DNA of 45,446 bases. It comes from a virus (Duplodnaviria; Caudoviricetes). The notes under the pieces were generated by a model, which did not search any database, was not told the DNA's origin, and saw only the letters and a list, made by a program, of their open reading frames with translations. The DNA lies in the IMG/VR virus record IMGVR_UViG_3300037484_000495, positions 1-45,446 of that record, one strand, 5' to 3'. The number at the start of each line of letters is the position of its first letter. Positions within the stretch are counted from its first letter, which is position 1. A program made the translations under genes and the position numbers. Positions 27,790 to 36,103 of the stretch are shown here, in pieces.

Positions 27790-28403
27790 GCACCAAGCAG
27801 GATCTACGCGAGGCGTTGGAGTCGAGCGCCGAGGCACTGCGCCTAGCGAGCGAGCGGGTGCGGGAGCTGGAGGAGAAGAACAGGCTTGCCGACATCATCA
27901 TCGAGGACGCCAAGATCAACGAGGGCAAGTTACGGGAGCAGGTGCGTGAGCTGGTGTTCAGCCTGCATGAAGCTGCCGGGCTGCTCGTCACGGCTAGGGA
28001 GCTTCACGAGGATCTGCTCGCCAAGTTCGTCGCAGCCGAGCAGCGCGCCCAGGCCGCAGAGGCGCAGCGGGACGAGGCCATAGATGCTGCCCACTGGCTG
28101 ACCCTTCAACGTGCGAGTCTGCAAGACAAGCTGGAGGCCGCAGAGGAGAGCGCGAGGAAGCTGCGGAAAATGCTGATAATCCTGGGCTATCCAGATCACG
28201 CCGCTGTAGGCGATTCGCCGCAGCCGCCCACCGAGAGAGCCCCGGAGCCGGAGCACGGTACATTCGCCGAAAGGTGCCTCTGTCCTGGCTGCTCGACGAT
28301 GGTTCCGGGATGCTGGAAGGCCGGAATGTGCTTCCCATGCGCCAGCGAGGACTGCGAACACGAACCGCCGGCCGAGGCCCACGGGACGGGCGAGGGGGAG
28401 TGA
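27786..28403 (+). CDS. coiled-coil protein with Cys-rich tail
   Basis: ATG 27786 coupled; CPGC...CFPC. Confidence 0.65.
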   Translation: MSTKQDLREALESSAEALRLASERVRELEEKNRLADIIIEDAKINEGKLREQVRELVFSLHEAAGLLVTARELHEDLLAKFVAAEQRAQAAEAQRDEAIDAAHWLTLQRASLQDKLEAAEESARKLRKMLIILGYPDHAAVGDSPQPPTERAPEPEHGTFAERCLCPGCSTMVPGCWKAGMCFPCASEDCEHEPPAEAHGTGEGE

Positions 28404-29059
28404 TGAAAGATCCCGAGATGTTCAGGGAGCTAGAGCGCCTGCGGGGAGTGGTCAACCTGCTCGAGATCAAGGTGGGGAACATCGAAGCCGCACGGGTGCA
28501 GGCGGACCGGCTGTGCGAGAAGGCCCAGCGCGAGCTATCGGAGGCGAAGGCCGAGCTGCGGCACCGGGACGAGGTCATCATCGCGACCGAGACGCTGCTG
28601 GGCGAGGCGAAGGCCGAGGCCGGGCGGATGCGCGAGCAGGTACGGTTGGCGAATCGTGCCCTCCGTGACGCCTACGTGAGCCTGACCCCGCTTGCCGCCA
28701 TCGGGGAAGCTGGCGACATCCTCGCCGCCCTCGCGCCCCCCGCGTCCCAGGAGCCGGCAGCGCAGGCACCCCACGACTACGTACAGTGGGGGCTCGGCGG
28801 GAGATGCCTGACGTGCAAGGCGCCGCGAGCGGACCCCATCCACGACCCTGAGCCGACAGCGCAGCCGGCCAGGTCCAAGTGCGAGACATGCGGAGATGAT
28901 CCAAGGGTCCAATCGTGCTACGCCTGCGAGACGCTTCAGCAGCCGGCAGCCCTGGCGGGGCATGCGTTCGTGTCCAACTGGGGAGACAAGTGCGACCTCG
29001 CCCGTCCCCTACCCGAGAGCGAGCACCCGCGACCCGCAGCGCAGGAGCCGAAGCCATGA
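28403..29059 (+). CDS. coiled-coil protein with small Cys/His modules
   Basis: ATG 28403; CLTC..DPIH, CETC..CYAC. Confidence 0.65.
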   Translation: MKDPEMFRELERLRGVVNLLEIKVGNIEAARVQADRLCEKAQRELSEAKAELRHRDEVIIATETLLGEAKAEAGRMREQVRLANRALRDAYVSLTPLAAIGEAGDILAALAPPASQEPAAQAPHDYVQWGLGGRCLTCKAPRADPIHDPEPTAQPARSKCETCGDDPRVQSCYACETLQQPAALAGHAFVSNWGDKCDLARPLPESEHPRPAAQEPKP

Positions 29060-29265
29060 TCGACGAAGATTGCGAGTGCTGCGAGGGCTGCGGGGTCATC
29101 TTCGAGGACAACGAGGTGCAGGACTGCTCGGATGGTCGGAGGCTTTGTAACGCCTGCGCCCGTCCGGTTCTCAACGAGCACATGGCCGAGGACCAGCAGA
29201 CGATCAAGGATCTTCGCGCTCAACTGAGGGCCGCCGCGCAGCCCCAGGACGCGGAGCCGAAGTGA
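29056..29265 (+). CDS. small zinc-finger protein
   Basis: MIDEDCECCEGC...LCNAC. Confidence 0.7.
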   Translation: MIDEDCECCEGCGVIFEDNEVQDCSDGRRLCNACARPVLNEHMAEDQQTIKDLRAQLRAAAQPQDAEPK

Positions 29266-29474
29266 GCCAGCCCTCGGCCCCGGAGCGCCTGGCCCGCGAG
29301 CTGCCGGATGGGACGATGCGGCGTGCGCTGATCCGTCTCGAGCGGCTCCGTGCTATCCGCAGGCGTGGCGATGTGCTGCGGGTGTGGGTCGATTCGCGTG
29401 GGGACACGCACGTAGTCGAGTCTGCCGAGCAGGTAGGCGCGCTAGAATGCGAGCCGGAGGCGAGGGGGGCATGA
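29262..29474 (+). CDS. hypothetical protein
   Basis: Coupled overlaps. Confidence 0.6.
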   Translation: MSQPSAPERLARELPDGTMRRALIRLERLRAIRRRGDVLRVWVDSRGDTHVVESAEQVGALECEPEARGA

Positions 29475-29665
29475 GCGACACGGTGTACATTGACGAGCGG
29501 CGCCGCGTGCTCCGCGAGATGGGCGCGCACATGCAGCGCTTCTACGACGACGCGCGTGCGGCATCGAGGCGGGCCCGCGAGCACCAGTTCCCGCTCGAGC
29601 ACACGTCGAAGGGCTGGCGGCGCCACGTGCGTAGGCTCAAGGCGCAGGAAAGGCGAGGACGATGA
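29471..29665 (+). CDS. basic hypothetical protein
   Basis: MSDTVYIDE...; coupled. Confidence 0.6.
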   Translation: MSDTVYIDERRRVLREMGAHMQRFYDDARAASRRAREHQFPLEHTSKGWRRHVRRLKAQERRGR

Positions 29666-30126
29666 GCGGACGCTACCGAGTCGTGGCCGGCGTCAACGAC
29701 CGAGTCACGCACGGCCGACGCGAGATCGTGGTGAAGCCTGGACTATACAGCGAGCAGGAGTTCCAAGCCGCCGTGCGCGATGCCGTGGAAGAAGCTGTCG
29801 CCGAGCATTTCCACAGCCTCATTGCCCACGAGACGGCCAAGGAGATCATCCGCAGAGAGCCACCGGAGCGGATCACTGAGGCCGAGTTAACGGTGGTCGA
29901 TACTCTGACCGCGAACGAGCGAGCTGACGAGACCTGCGTGCTACAGGTCGACTTCACACGCCGCCTCGTCCGCGATGTACGCCGGCTCCGGGGGCTGATT
30001 GAGCGGGCGTGGCCTTACGATGGTCCGGGCGGGCTCGCGTTCTCGAATCCTCGATACATGGACGCGATCGAAGCCGCCAAGACACTACACGCCGAGGCCG
30101 AGGCTATCCGGAAGGAGCGAGGGTGA
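29662..30126 (+). CDS. hypothetical protein, C-terminal half paralogous to 196-585
   Basis: RITEAEL...VRRLRGLI...AEAEAIRKER. Confidence 0.7.
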   Translation: MSGRYRVVAGVNDRVTHGRREIVVKPGLYSEQEFQAAVRDAVEEAVAEHFHSLIAHETAKEIIRREPPERITEAELTVVDTLTANERADETCVLQVDFTRRLVRDVRRLRGLIERAWPYDGPGGLAFSNPRYMDAIEAAKTLHAEAEAIRKERG

Positions 30127-30326
30127 TGGAATGGGCGGGCTACGTGCTGGTGGTGGCGGTCGGCTTCGCGCTGGGCTTCGCCGCAGGCTGGGCTAAGTGC
30201 TACAGGCGGCTGGTGCGCCGGGTGACATCCGTCGATCCGGGCAGCTCGACGGTCACGATCGCCACAGGCTGGGATTGCCAAATCGGCCCAGGCGACAAGC
30301 TCGTTTTTGCCGACCGAAGCCGTTGA
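30126..30326 (+). CDS. small membrane-anchored protein
   Basis: MEWAGYVLVVAVGFALGFAAGWAK. Confidence 0.65.
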   Translation: MEWAGYVLVVAVGFALGFAAGWAKCYRRLVRRVTSVDPGSSTVTIATGWDCQIGPGDKLVFADRSR

Positions 30327-30485
30327 CTCGCGTGCGATAATTGCAGCAGACGTGCGGCCGACGTCAGAGCCGCGAGGCCGACCGGGGTAGCAGCGACCTG
30401 GGGAGTAGGGGCCACAACCTTAGATGGGGCGCTCGCATCGAGGCCACCTTGGGCTGGGGCCCTTTCGCTTTCTCCGGGAGGCCTG

Positions 30486-31004
30486 ATGAGCGTGCTCGGC
30501 AAGCCGGTCACGGCGTACGAGGCGGCCGAGCGGCTCATGGCCGTCGGGATCCGCGAGATCCCGGGCACCCGGGCGCACCCGTACATCTCCTGGGGCCTGC
30601 GGATCGCGGGCCTGGGCGAGACGCCTAGCGACGAGATTGCGAACTGCTCGGCAGGCCTGCTCCCGATCTGCGTGATGTTGGGCCTGCCGAGGCCGATGCG
30701 CCCGCTGCTCAACCCCGCGGCGGCGCGGTCCTGGCTGCGAGTGGGTGAGCCGGTGCGCCCTGAGCGGCTGGAGCGCGGCTTCGACGTCGTGATCCTGAGC
30801 CGCGGTTCCGGCGAGCAGCCGGGTCCTGACGTGCTGGCCGCTCCTGGGCACGTCGGCCTGTTCTCCGGGTGGGAGGGCACCGGGAACCCCGCGATGCTCA
30901 ACGGGGCGCGCTCCGTGCGTCTGCTGGGGTTCAACCAGGGGGACGCGCTGAGCATCCAGGCCTTCGATGTCGTTCGCATCCTTGGCGGGCGGCGGCTCGC
31001 ATGA
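30486..31004 (+). CDS. endolysin, TIGR02594-like (NlpC/P60-CHAP fold) peptidoglycan hydrolase
   Basis: GIREIPG, DEIANCSA, AARSW, GHVGLF, LLGFNQGD; GGAGG RBS. Confidence 0.85.
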   Translation: MSVLGKPVTAYEAAERLMAVGIREIPGTRAHPYISWGLRIAGLGETPSDEIANCSAGLLPICVMLGLPRPMRPLLNPAAARSWLRVGEPVRPERLERGFDVVILSRGSGEQPGPDVLAAPGHVGLFSGWEGTGNPAMLNGARSVRLLGFNQGDALSIQAFDVVRILGGRRLA

Positions 31005-31020
31005 CCCGTCTCTCGAGGTA

Positions 31021-31189
31021 CACCAGCAAGCCGGGCTCGCCATCTGGCGATGGCAACGCGCACGCTCCCGAAGGGCGGCTGCAGCAAGGCGCCCGCGCGC
31101 TTGGTGGTGGATCTGGGGCGGCGGCTGTCCAGTGGCGAGAGCCCCGCGAGCTCGCCGAAATTCCGCAACCGGCGGGCCGGCCGCGCCCC
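31021..31189 (+). ncRNA. candidate structured RNA(s) upstream of tmRNA
   Basis: Two multibranch stems (31021-31109; 31115-31189) identified by eye. Confidence 0.35.
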
Positions 31190-31197
31190 TTCGATCT

Positions 31198-31514
31198 GGG
31201 GACGACAGGTTTCGACGGCGATCGTCAACGCTCAGGAGCAGGCCGAGGGAGGCGCCCCCTCGTCAATCCAGCGCCAAACCATAACAGCCAACGACAACGA
31301 GCCGTTCGCACTGCCGCAAGCAGCGTAGTCACACAGACGCCGCGGCCTGCCCGCACAGGCTTCGGCGCCGATTCCGACCGTGCGGGTGGTGGAGGTGGCG
31401 CCTCCGGGCGCCCCCGTCGTTCGTTCGTGCCGGCCGCGGGATCAGCGGCTAAGCCTGTAGCGCCTGAGCGGTTGCGTTCGTCGGACCCGGGTTCGATTCC
31501 CGGCGTCTCCACCA
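31198..31514 (+). ncRNA. ssrA: tmRNA (one-piece), tag (A)ANDNEPFALPQAA
   Basis: 5' GGGGACG..GGTTTCGAC; 3' GGACCCGGGTTCGATTCCCGG-CGTCTCC-ACCA; G3.U70 pair; ATAACA followed by resume codon GCC 31287, tag stop TAG 31326-31328. Confidence 0.97.
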
Positions 31515-31530
31515 CTTGCGAGGTGACCCG

Positions 31531-32823
31531 ATGAGCCACATGGTCGGCCGATTCCGCATCGTCGACGGCGGGCGCCGGGTGCTGGACGCGCTGCGCTGGC
31601 TGATCCTCTTCGCGCTCACCGCAGGCGCGGCAGCGCTGACGATGCCGGGCTGCGCCCACGTCGGGGCCATTGGCGGGATCGTGCTGCCAGCCGCCACCTA
31701 CCAGCAGCTCAAGAGCCTCGAGGCCGCGGTGTGCGTGACGGAGCCGCCATCGGATGCCTGCCTCGACGTGCGCGCCGAGCTCGCGAAGCGGCCAGCGCCC
31801 GAGGAACCTCCCACCTCTCCGCCTGTCACGGAGCCTCCGTCCCCGCCACCCACCACCCCACCGGGGACACAACCCCCGATCCCTCCCACTCCCGGCGCTC
31901 TGATGGCCGGGGACCAGCCGCAGGGCCGGGAGTGGGAGCCCGCCCCCGAGGACGCCGAGCGCCTGGCTCGGCTCTCCGGCCGCGTCGAGACGGTGTTGCG
32001 GGAGATGGCTACGAGCTACGGCTGCGAGAACGACGACTGCCGCTTCCCGAAGCTGCCCAGGATCGTCGACGGCAAACTCGCCGCACCGAACGGGACGCGC
32101 GCCCTAGCCGAGGTAGTTTCGAAGCTGCGAGCCTCGGGCCTACACGCCGGCCGTGGCAACGACGACCGCTCCTGCATTGACGAGCCCTGGCCCGCCCACT
32201 GCGCCGACGACCAAGCGAGCGTGACTGAGGGCGACCCGGCCGACGTCGCCACCGTGTGGGAGAACGTGCAGCCGGTCAACATGGGCTCTCCGGTGAAGCT
32301 GCGGTTGAAGTCCATGACGCAGCTCGACGAGCACGGGGTCCGCAAGCTCTCGGCCTGGGTGCAGAAGGGCGACGTGGAGCCGCCGCCGGTCCCGACTCCG
32401 AGCGCGTGCGGAGATCCAGACCCCCTTGACCCGAAATGGCAGATCGCTTGTGTCCTCGGTGGTCATTGGAATCCGAAGCTCTACAACCCAAGGCAACAGA
32501 TTTGGGACGCCACGTGGGTCTGCGACATCTACTACAACGACGAGCACCCGGAATGGAAGATCGTCTCGCACGAGTGGTGTGTTGCGATTGGAATGGGCTA
32601 CTACGGAGGCACAGTTCCTCGCGGTCAGTGCCCACTCAGGGACGAGAACAAGCCTGCAGAGCGTGAAGCGTGCGAGGCCAGAGTTTACGGCTCCCTTATC
32701 TGGAAGGGTGATGGGAACGTGGAAAAAATCGAGGGCCAGCCGACGATGGCTCGGTGTCTCGACTGCTCAACCCTCTCCGTGTGCTGGGCGGATGGAACGC
32801 ACTGCAAGGACGTATTGAAGTGA
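31531..32823 (+). CDS. exported/lipoprotein-like Pro- and Cys-rich protein
   Basis: GAGGTG RBS; hydrophobic LILFALTAGAAALTMPG-C; Pro linkers; Cys-rich C-terminal domain. Confidence 0.75.
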   Translation: MSHMVGRFRIVDGGRRVLDALRWLILFALTAGAAALTMPGCAHVGAIGGIVLPAATYQQLKSLEAAVCVTEPPSDACLDVRAELAKRPAPEEPPTSPPVTEPPSPPPTTPPGTQPPIPPTPGALMAGDQPQGREWEPAPEDAERLARLSGRVETVLREMATSYGCENDDCRFPKLPRIVDGKLAAPNGTRALAEVVSKLRASGLHAGRGNDDRSCIDEPWPAHCADDQASVTEGDPADVATVWENVQPVNMGSPVKLRLKSMTQLDEHGVRKLSAWVQKGDVEPPPVPTPSACGDPDPLDPKWQIACVLGGHWNPKLYNPRQQIWDATWVCDIYYNDEHPEWKIVSHEWCVAIGMGYYGGTVPRGQCPLRDENKPAEREACEARVYGSLIWKGDGNVEKIEGQPTMARCLDCSTLSVCWADGTHCKDVLK

Positions 32824-33305
32824 GCGGACTTCTCCTGCTGCCGGATTGCTTGCGGGTACAAATAGAGCCAGAGCCGACGTCTGGCTGCTGGCTCTGGTCC
32901 GGCAGTGTCTACTCAGCGACCGGTTATGGCAGAGCTACCCTTGCTAGGGTTCGGGGGACAGCGCATCGGACTATTTACGAGCTGCTGCGTGGTCCTGTTC
33001 CAGCCGGACTGCAGCTTGACCATCTCTGCCGAGTGAGATCATGCGTGAATCCTCACCATCTCCGACCAGTGACCGCCAGGGAGAACCTTCTGGCTCCCGG
33101 GTCTCTCTCCCCAACCAAACGGAGGGCGGAAGCGACACATTGCTATCTTGGGCATCCATTGGATGAAGACAACACCCACGTCAGAAAGAACGGGACACGT
33201 CATTGCCGAGAGTGCCGAAAGCGCGTCAAGCGTGAATCATACTGGAGAGCGAAGGCCCAGCCGCCCACGCAGGACGGGACGGCGAGCGCGGAGGTGCGGG
33301 GGTGA
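32820..33305 (+). CDS. HNH endonuclease
   Basis: GCWLW, GYG, AHR, DHLCRVRSCVNPHHL..V...EN, THC..GH, CREC. Confidence 0.93.
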   Translation: MSGLLLLPDCLRVQIEPEPTSGCWLWSGSVYSATGYGRATLARVRGTAHRTIYELLRGPVPAGLQLDHLCRVRSCVNPHHLRPVTARENLLAPGSLSPTKRRAEATHCYLGHPLDEDNTHVRKNGTRHCRECRKRVKRESYWRAKAQPPTQDGTASAEVRG

Positions 33306-33553
33306 GAAAGGTGCAAGAGCTGGCCATCGGTCAGGTCTGGATCGACAACGACAAGCGCATTCGTGGCGTGCGTAAGGTGGTCATTCGAGAGCTGCTCCCG
33401 AACGGGGCCATCTGCGACGTGTACCTGAATGGCCTTCCGACAGGACGCAGAACGGCGATCACGGCTCGTCGCTTCAGGCCGAACAGCACCGGATACCGCC
33501 TGGAGCCGCCCGCCGCGCCAGCCGATCCGGGCCAAGAGAGGGGGACGCCTTGA
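33302..33553 (+). CDS. hypothetical protein
   Basis: GQVWIDNDKR...; coupled. Confidence 0.7.
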   Translation: MRKVQELAIGQVWIDNDKRIRGVRKVVIRELLPNGAICDVYLNGLPTGRRTAITARRFRPNSTGYRLEPPAAPADPGQERGTP

Positions 33554-34299
33554 CTACATGGGCCGGTTTCTTCTTGGTCATATTCCTCGGCTCCCTCTTG
33601 GGCGACGCGGTTGGCTGGCTGATCGCCGCCGCGTTTAAGAAGTGGCGTAGCTTCGCCGCCTCTCGGGGCACGTGCCGGCGGCACCTACCGCTCGCCCTGC
33701 TCCTGCTGTGCTCCCCGGCGCTGGCCCAGGAGCCGCCGGATCCAGGCATTCCGGACCCCATGCAGGCCGCCACCTACGCTGAGGCGTACGCCCTGACGCA
33801 GGAGGTGACGGGGCTCGGCGCCGACGCTCAGCGGTACGAGGGCGCACGCTGGATCGGTCAGGCGGGCTTCGGGCCTTGGGGCATCGCGATCCGGGCGGAC
33901 GTGATGGGGCTGCCTGGCGTCTACAATGGCGGCCAGGTCGAGACCTTCCGCGCGGCCGAGGCTGTGGTGGTGGCGCACCGGAACCTCGTGCACGTCGAGG
34001 GCGTGACGTGCGGGCCCGCCGCGGCGCTGGGCTACGCGGTCGCGCTGGCCGACGGCAATCCCAGCTTCGCGCGGGCCATGACGGCCGGCATCGGGGCGCA
34101 GTGCTCGAGCGGCGGGCGGACCGTGATCGCGCTCGCGGGCCAGTACCAGGCGGTCCCCGGCGTCGCCGGCATGGTGGGCGTGATCTGGCCGCTGTCGAGC
34201 CACATCTCGTGGATGGGTGACTTCGGCGTCGGGGCTCGGGGCCAGCGGGTCGCGCGCATAGCCGTCGCGGTCTCGCTCAAGACGTGGGGTAGGCGGTGA
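33550..34299 (+). CDS. putative outer-membrane beta-barrel-like protein
   Basis: N-terminal TM, then RRHLPLALLLLCSPALA-QE signal-like segment; alternating amphipathic strands to the C-terminus. Confidence 0.55.
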   Translation: MTTWAGFFLVIFLGSLLGDAVGWLIAAAFKKWRSFAASRGTCRRHLPLALLLLCSPALAQEPPDPGIPDPMQAATYAEAYALTQEVTGLGADAQRYEGARWIGQAGFGPWGIAIRADVMGLPGVYNGGQVETFRAAEAVVVAHRNLVHVEGVTCGPAAALGYAVALADGNPSFARAMTAGIGAQCSSGGRTVIALAGQYQAVPGVAGMVGVIWPLSSHISWMGDFGVGARGQRVARIAVAVSLKTWGRR

Positions 34300-34883
34300 G
34301 CACAGCGCCCGACACGCGCCCGAACCGCTACACGCTGGGCTTCCTCGCCTGGCTGGGCATGTTCCTGGTGCTCGAGCTTCCGGCCGCGAAGGGCGAGGCC
34401 CCGGGCACGGTGAAGACGCTGTCGCGGCACTTCTGGCGCCGGTGGTTCCCGCGGCCGTACCAGCGCGTCGGCATCCTGCTCGCCGTCGGTGTCGCCCTGG
34501 CGCTCCACCTATCGCTCGAGGCCCCGGTACCCCCCTTCGTCGTCCTGGGCGCCTGGATGGGGGCGACGATCGCCTGGGTGGAGCTCGCGGCGTGGTGGGC
34601 CCGGAAGCACACCGGCGCGCGCCTGCGGACCCCCGCCTCGATCTGGTGGCGCTACTGGTCGCAGCGGTCCGCCTGGCGCTCGATCCGGTCCTGCGAGGAG
34701 TACGACGGCCCGCTCTGGCTCCGCAGCATCCGCTGGTACGAGCGCGCGCTGCTGGCCGAGGACACATACGCGGGGGCCGGCATCCCGCTGTGCAGGCGCT
34801 GCGGGAACACGTACGCGGGGCGCTGTGAGAACGTCGACCGCCCCGGCGCGGCGCCGTGCTGGGGGGTGGCTACGTGGGCTTGA
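34296..34883 (+). CDS. membrane protein with C-terminal Cys motif
   Basis: About three hydrophobic helices; CRRC..C...C. Confidence 0.6.
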   Translation: MSTAPDTRPNRYTLGFLAWLGMFLVLELPAAKGEAPGTVKTLSRHFWRRWFPRPYQRVGILLAVGVALALHLSLEAPVPPFVVLGAWMGATIAWVELAAWWARKHTGARLRTPASIWWRYWSQRSAWRSIRSCEEYDGPLWLRSIRWYERALLAEDTYAGAGIPLCRRCGNTYAGRCENVDRPGAAPCWGVATWA

Positions 34884-35356
34884 TCGGCGACGTGAAGCAC
34901 CTGCGCCTGATTCTGGCGACGCGGGATCGACTCAAGGAGGCTGCGATGGGGAAGAAGCTCAAGGTCGTCGTGTTCGGGCTGGGGGCCGCGGTCACGAGTG
35001 CGCTGATGGCCCAGGTGACGGGTGCCTGCCCGACGCTGCTCGCGAACCTGCCGACGATCATGGTGGCTACCGCCACGGGGGCATTCGGCGGCCTGGCGAC
35101 GTACCTCATGCGCCGGCCGCTTCAGAAGGCCGGTGGAAAGGCCCTCGTCACGGGAGCGGCGGCGGCTGTCGTGGCATCATTCGGGGCGACGTTTGTCCCG
35201 CAGATCGAACTCGTGTGCGGTCCGGGCTTCGTCGACAAGCTGCCTTCGCTGATCACTCCGGCCCTGTGGATCGCCCTCGGCCTCTGGCTCAAAGCCCCGC
35301 ACGAGTCGTCCGGGCTCGGCAGCATCTCGACCACGAACCTGAACCTCAAGGGCTGA
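34874..35356 (+). CDS. multi-pass membrane protein, holin candidate (starts GTG 34874 and/or ATG 34946)
   Basis: Four hydrophobic segments; AAGGAGG RBS before 34946. Confidence 0.6.
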   Translation: MGLIGDVKHLRLILATRDRLKEAAMGKKLKVVVFGLGAAVTSALMAQVTGACPTLLANLPTIMVATATGAFGGLATYLMRRPLQKAGGKALVTGAAAAVVASFGATFVPQIELVCGPGFVDKLPSLITPALWIALGLWLKAPHESSGLGSISTTNLNLKG

Positions 35357-35360
35357 CTAC

Positions 35361-35639
35361 GTGGGCGACACGCCGTCCGGCATCTTCAAGCGCACGAGCG
35401 AGGCGAAGGTCTCGCTCTCGGCCGTCGTGCAGACCGGCCTCGCCGCCGTCATCGGCTGGCTGCTGACGATGATGCTCGGGATGGACGCGCGGGTGGCCCG
35501 CATCGAGGCCGCGAAGATGGAGCGGGACAGGGTCGAGGCGCTGCAGCTCGCGACCGACGATCGCCGCCTGACGAAGGTCGAGGACGCGAACACCAAGCAA
35601 TGGGAGGCGATACGGACACTCCGTGAGCAGAAGCGTTGA
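35361..35639 (+). CDS. single-TM coiled-coil protein, holin-like
   Basis: TM GLAAVIGWLLTMMLG followed by coiled coil. Confidence 0.6.
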   Translation: MGDTPSGIFKRTSEAKVSLSAVVQTGLAAVIGWLLTMMLGMDARVARIEAAKMERDRVEALQLATDDRRLTKVEDANTKQWEAIRTLREQKR

Positions 35640-35923
35640 CGAACTACGACCTCGCCAAGGATCTCGGCCTCCTCACCCTCGTGGGGGCCGTCGTCCTGCC
35701 GTGGGCCGTAGTCAAGGCGAGGCGGGTGCTGCGAAGGCGTCGCGTATCGCGCGAAGCCCGCGAAGCGGAGCGGAACCTCGTGATTGCTCTCGGCGAGGCG
35801 TACGTCTCCGGCAGGGGCACCGGCCACACAGAGGCCGAGGTCAACAGGCATCGGACGCGCAACATGCTCAGGGTCAAGGACGCCCTGGAAAGGCTCGCAC
35901 AGTGCACGAGGGATGCGACGTGA
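35636..35923 (+). CDS. membrane-anchored hypothetical protein
   Basis: TTG coupled start; N-terminal TM. Confidence 0.55.
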   Translation: MTNYDLAKDLGLLTLVGAVVLPWAVVKARRVLRRRRVSREAREAERNLVIALGEAYVSGRGTGHTEAEVNRHRTRNMLRVKDALERLAQCTRDAT

Positions 35924-36093
35924 AGAAGCCGAACGGGAAGGGGACCGCGGGCCGGCTGCCGGAAGCGTGTATCGCCAGGCCCGCGCTCGAGGAGCTGTTT
36001 GGCAAGCTCGACGCTCGGCTCGATCGACAGCACGCACTACTGCGCCGGATCCTGCTGGCGCTCGACGTGGACCCGGACGCAGAGGGGTTGTAG
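35920..36093 (+). CDS. small hypothetical protein
   Basis: GTGA overlap; VKKPNGKG... Confidence 0.55.
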   Translation: MKKPNGKGTAGRLPEACIARPALEELFGKLDARLDRQHALLRRILLALDVDPDAEGL

Positions 36094-36103
36094 GGGAGAA
36101 GAC

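Noticed and set aside
31130-31175. Hammerhead, HDV-like or SRP RNA
   Set aside because: GAAA follows a stem, but there is no CUGANGA core, no nested pseudoknot I could trace, and no SRP helix-8 motif
31198-31514. tmRNA as the attP site
   Set aside because: It is full-length and about 13 kb from the integrase; attP sites usually carry only a 3' fragment adjacent to int
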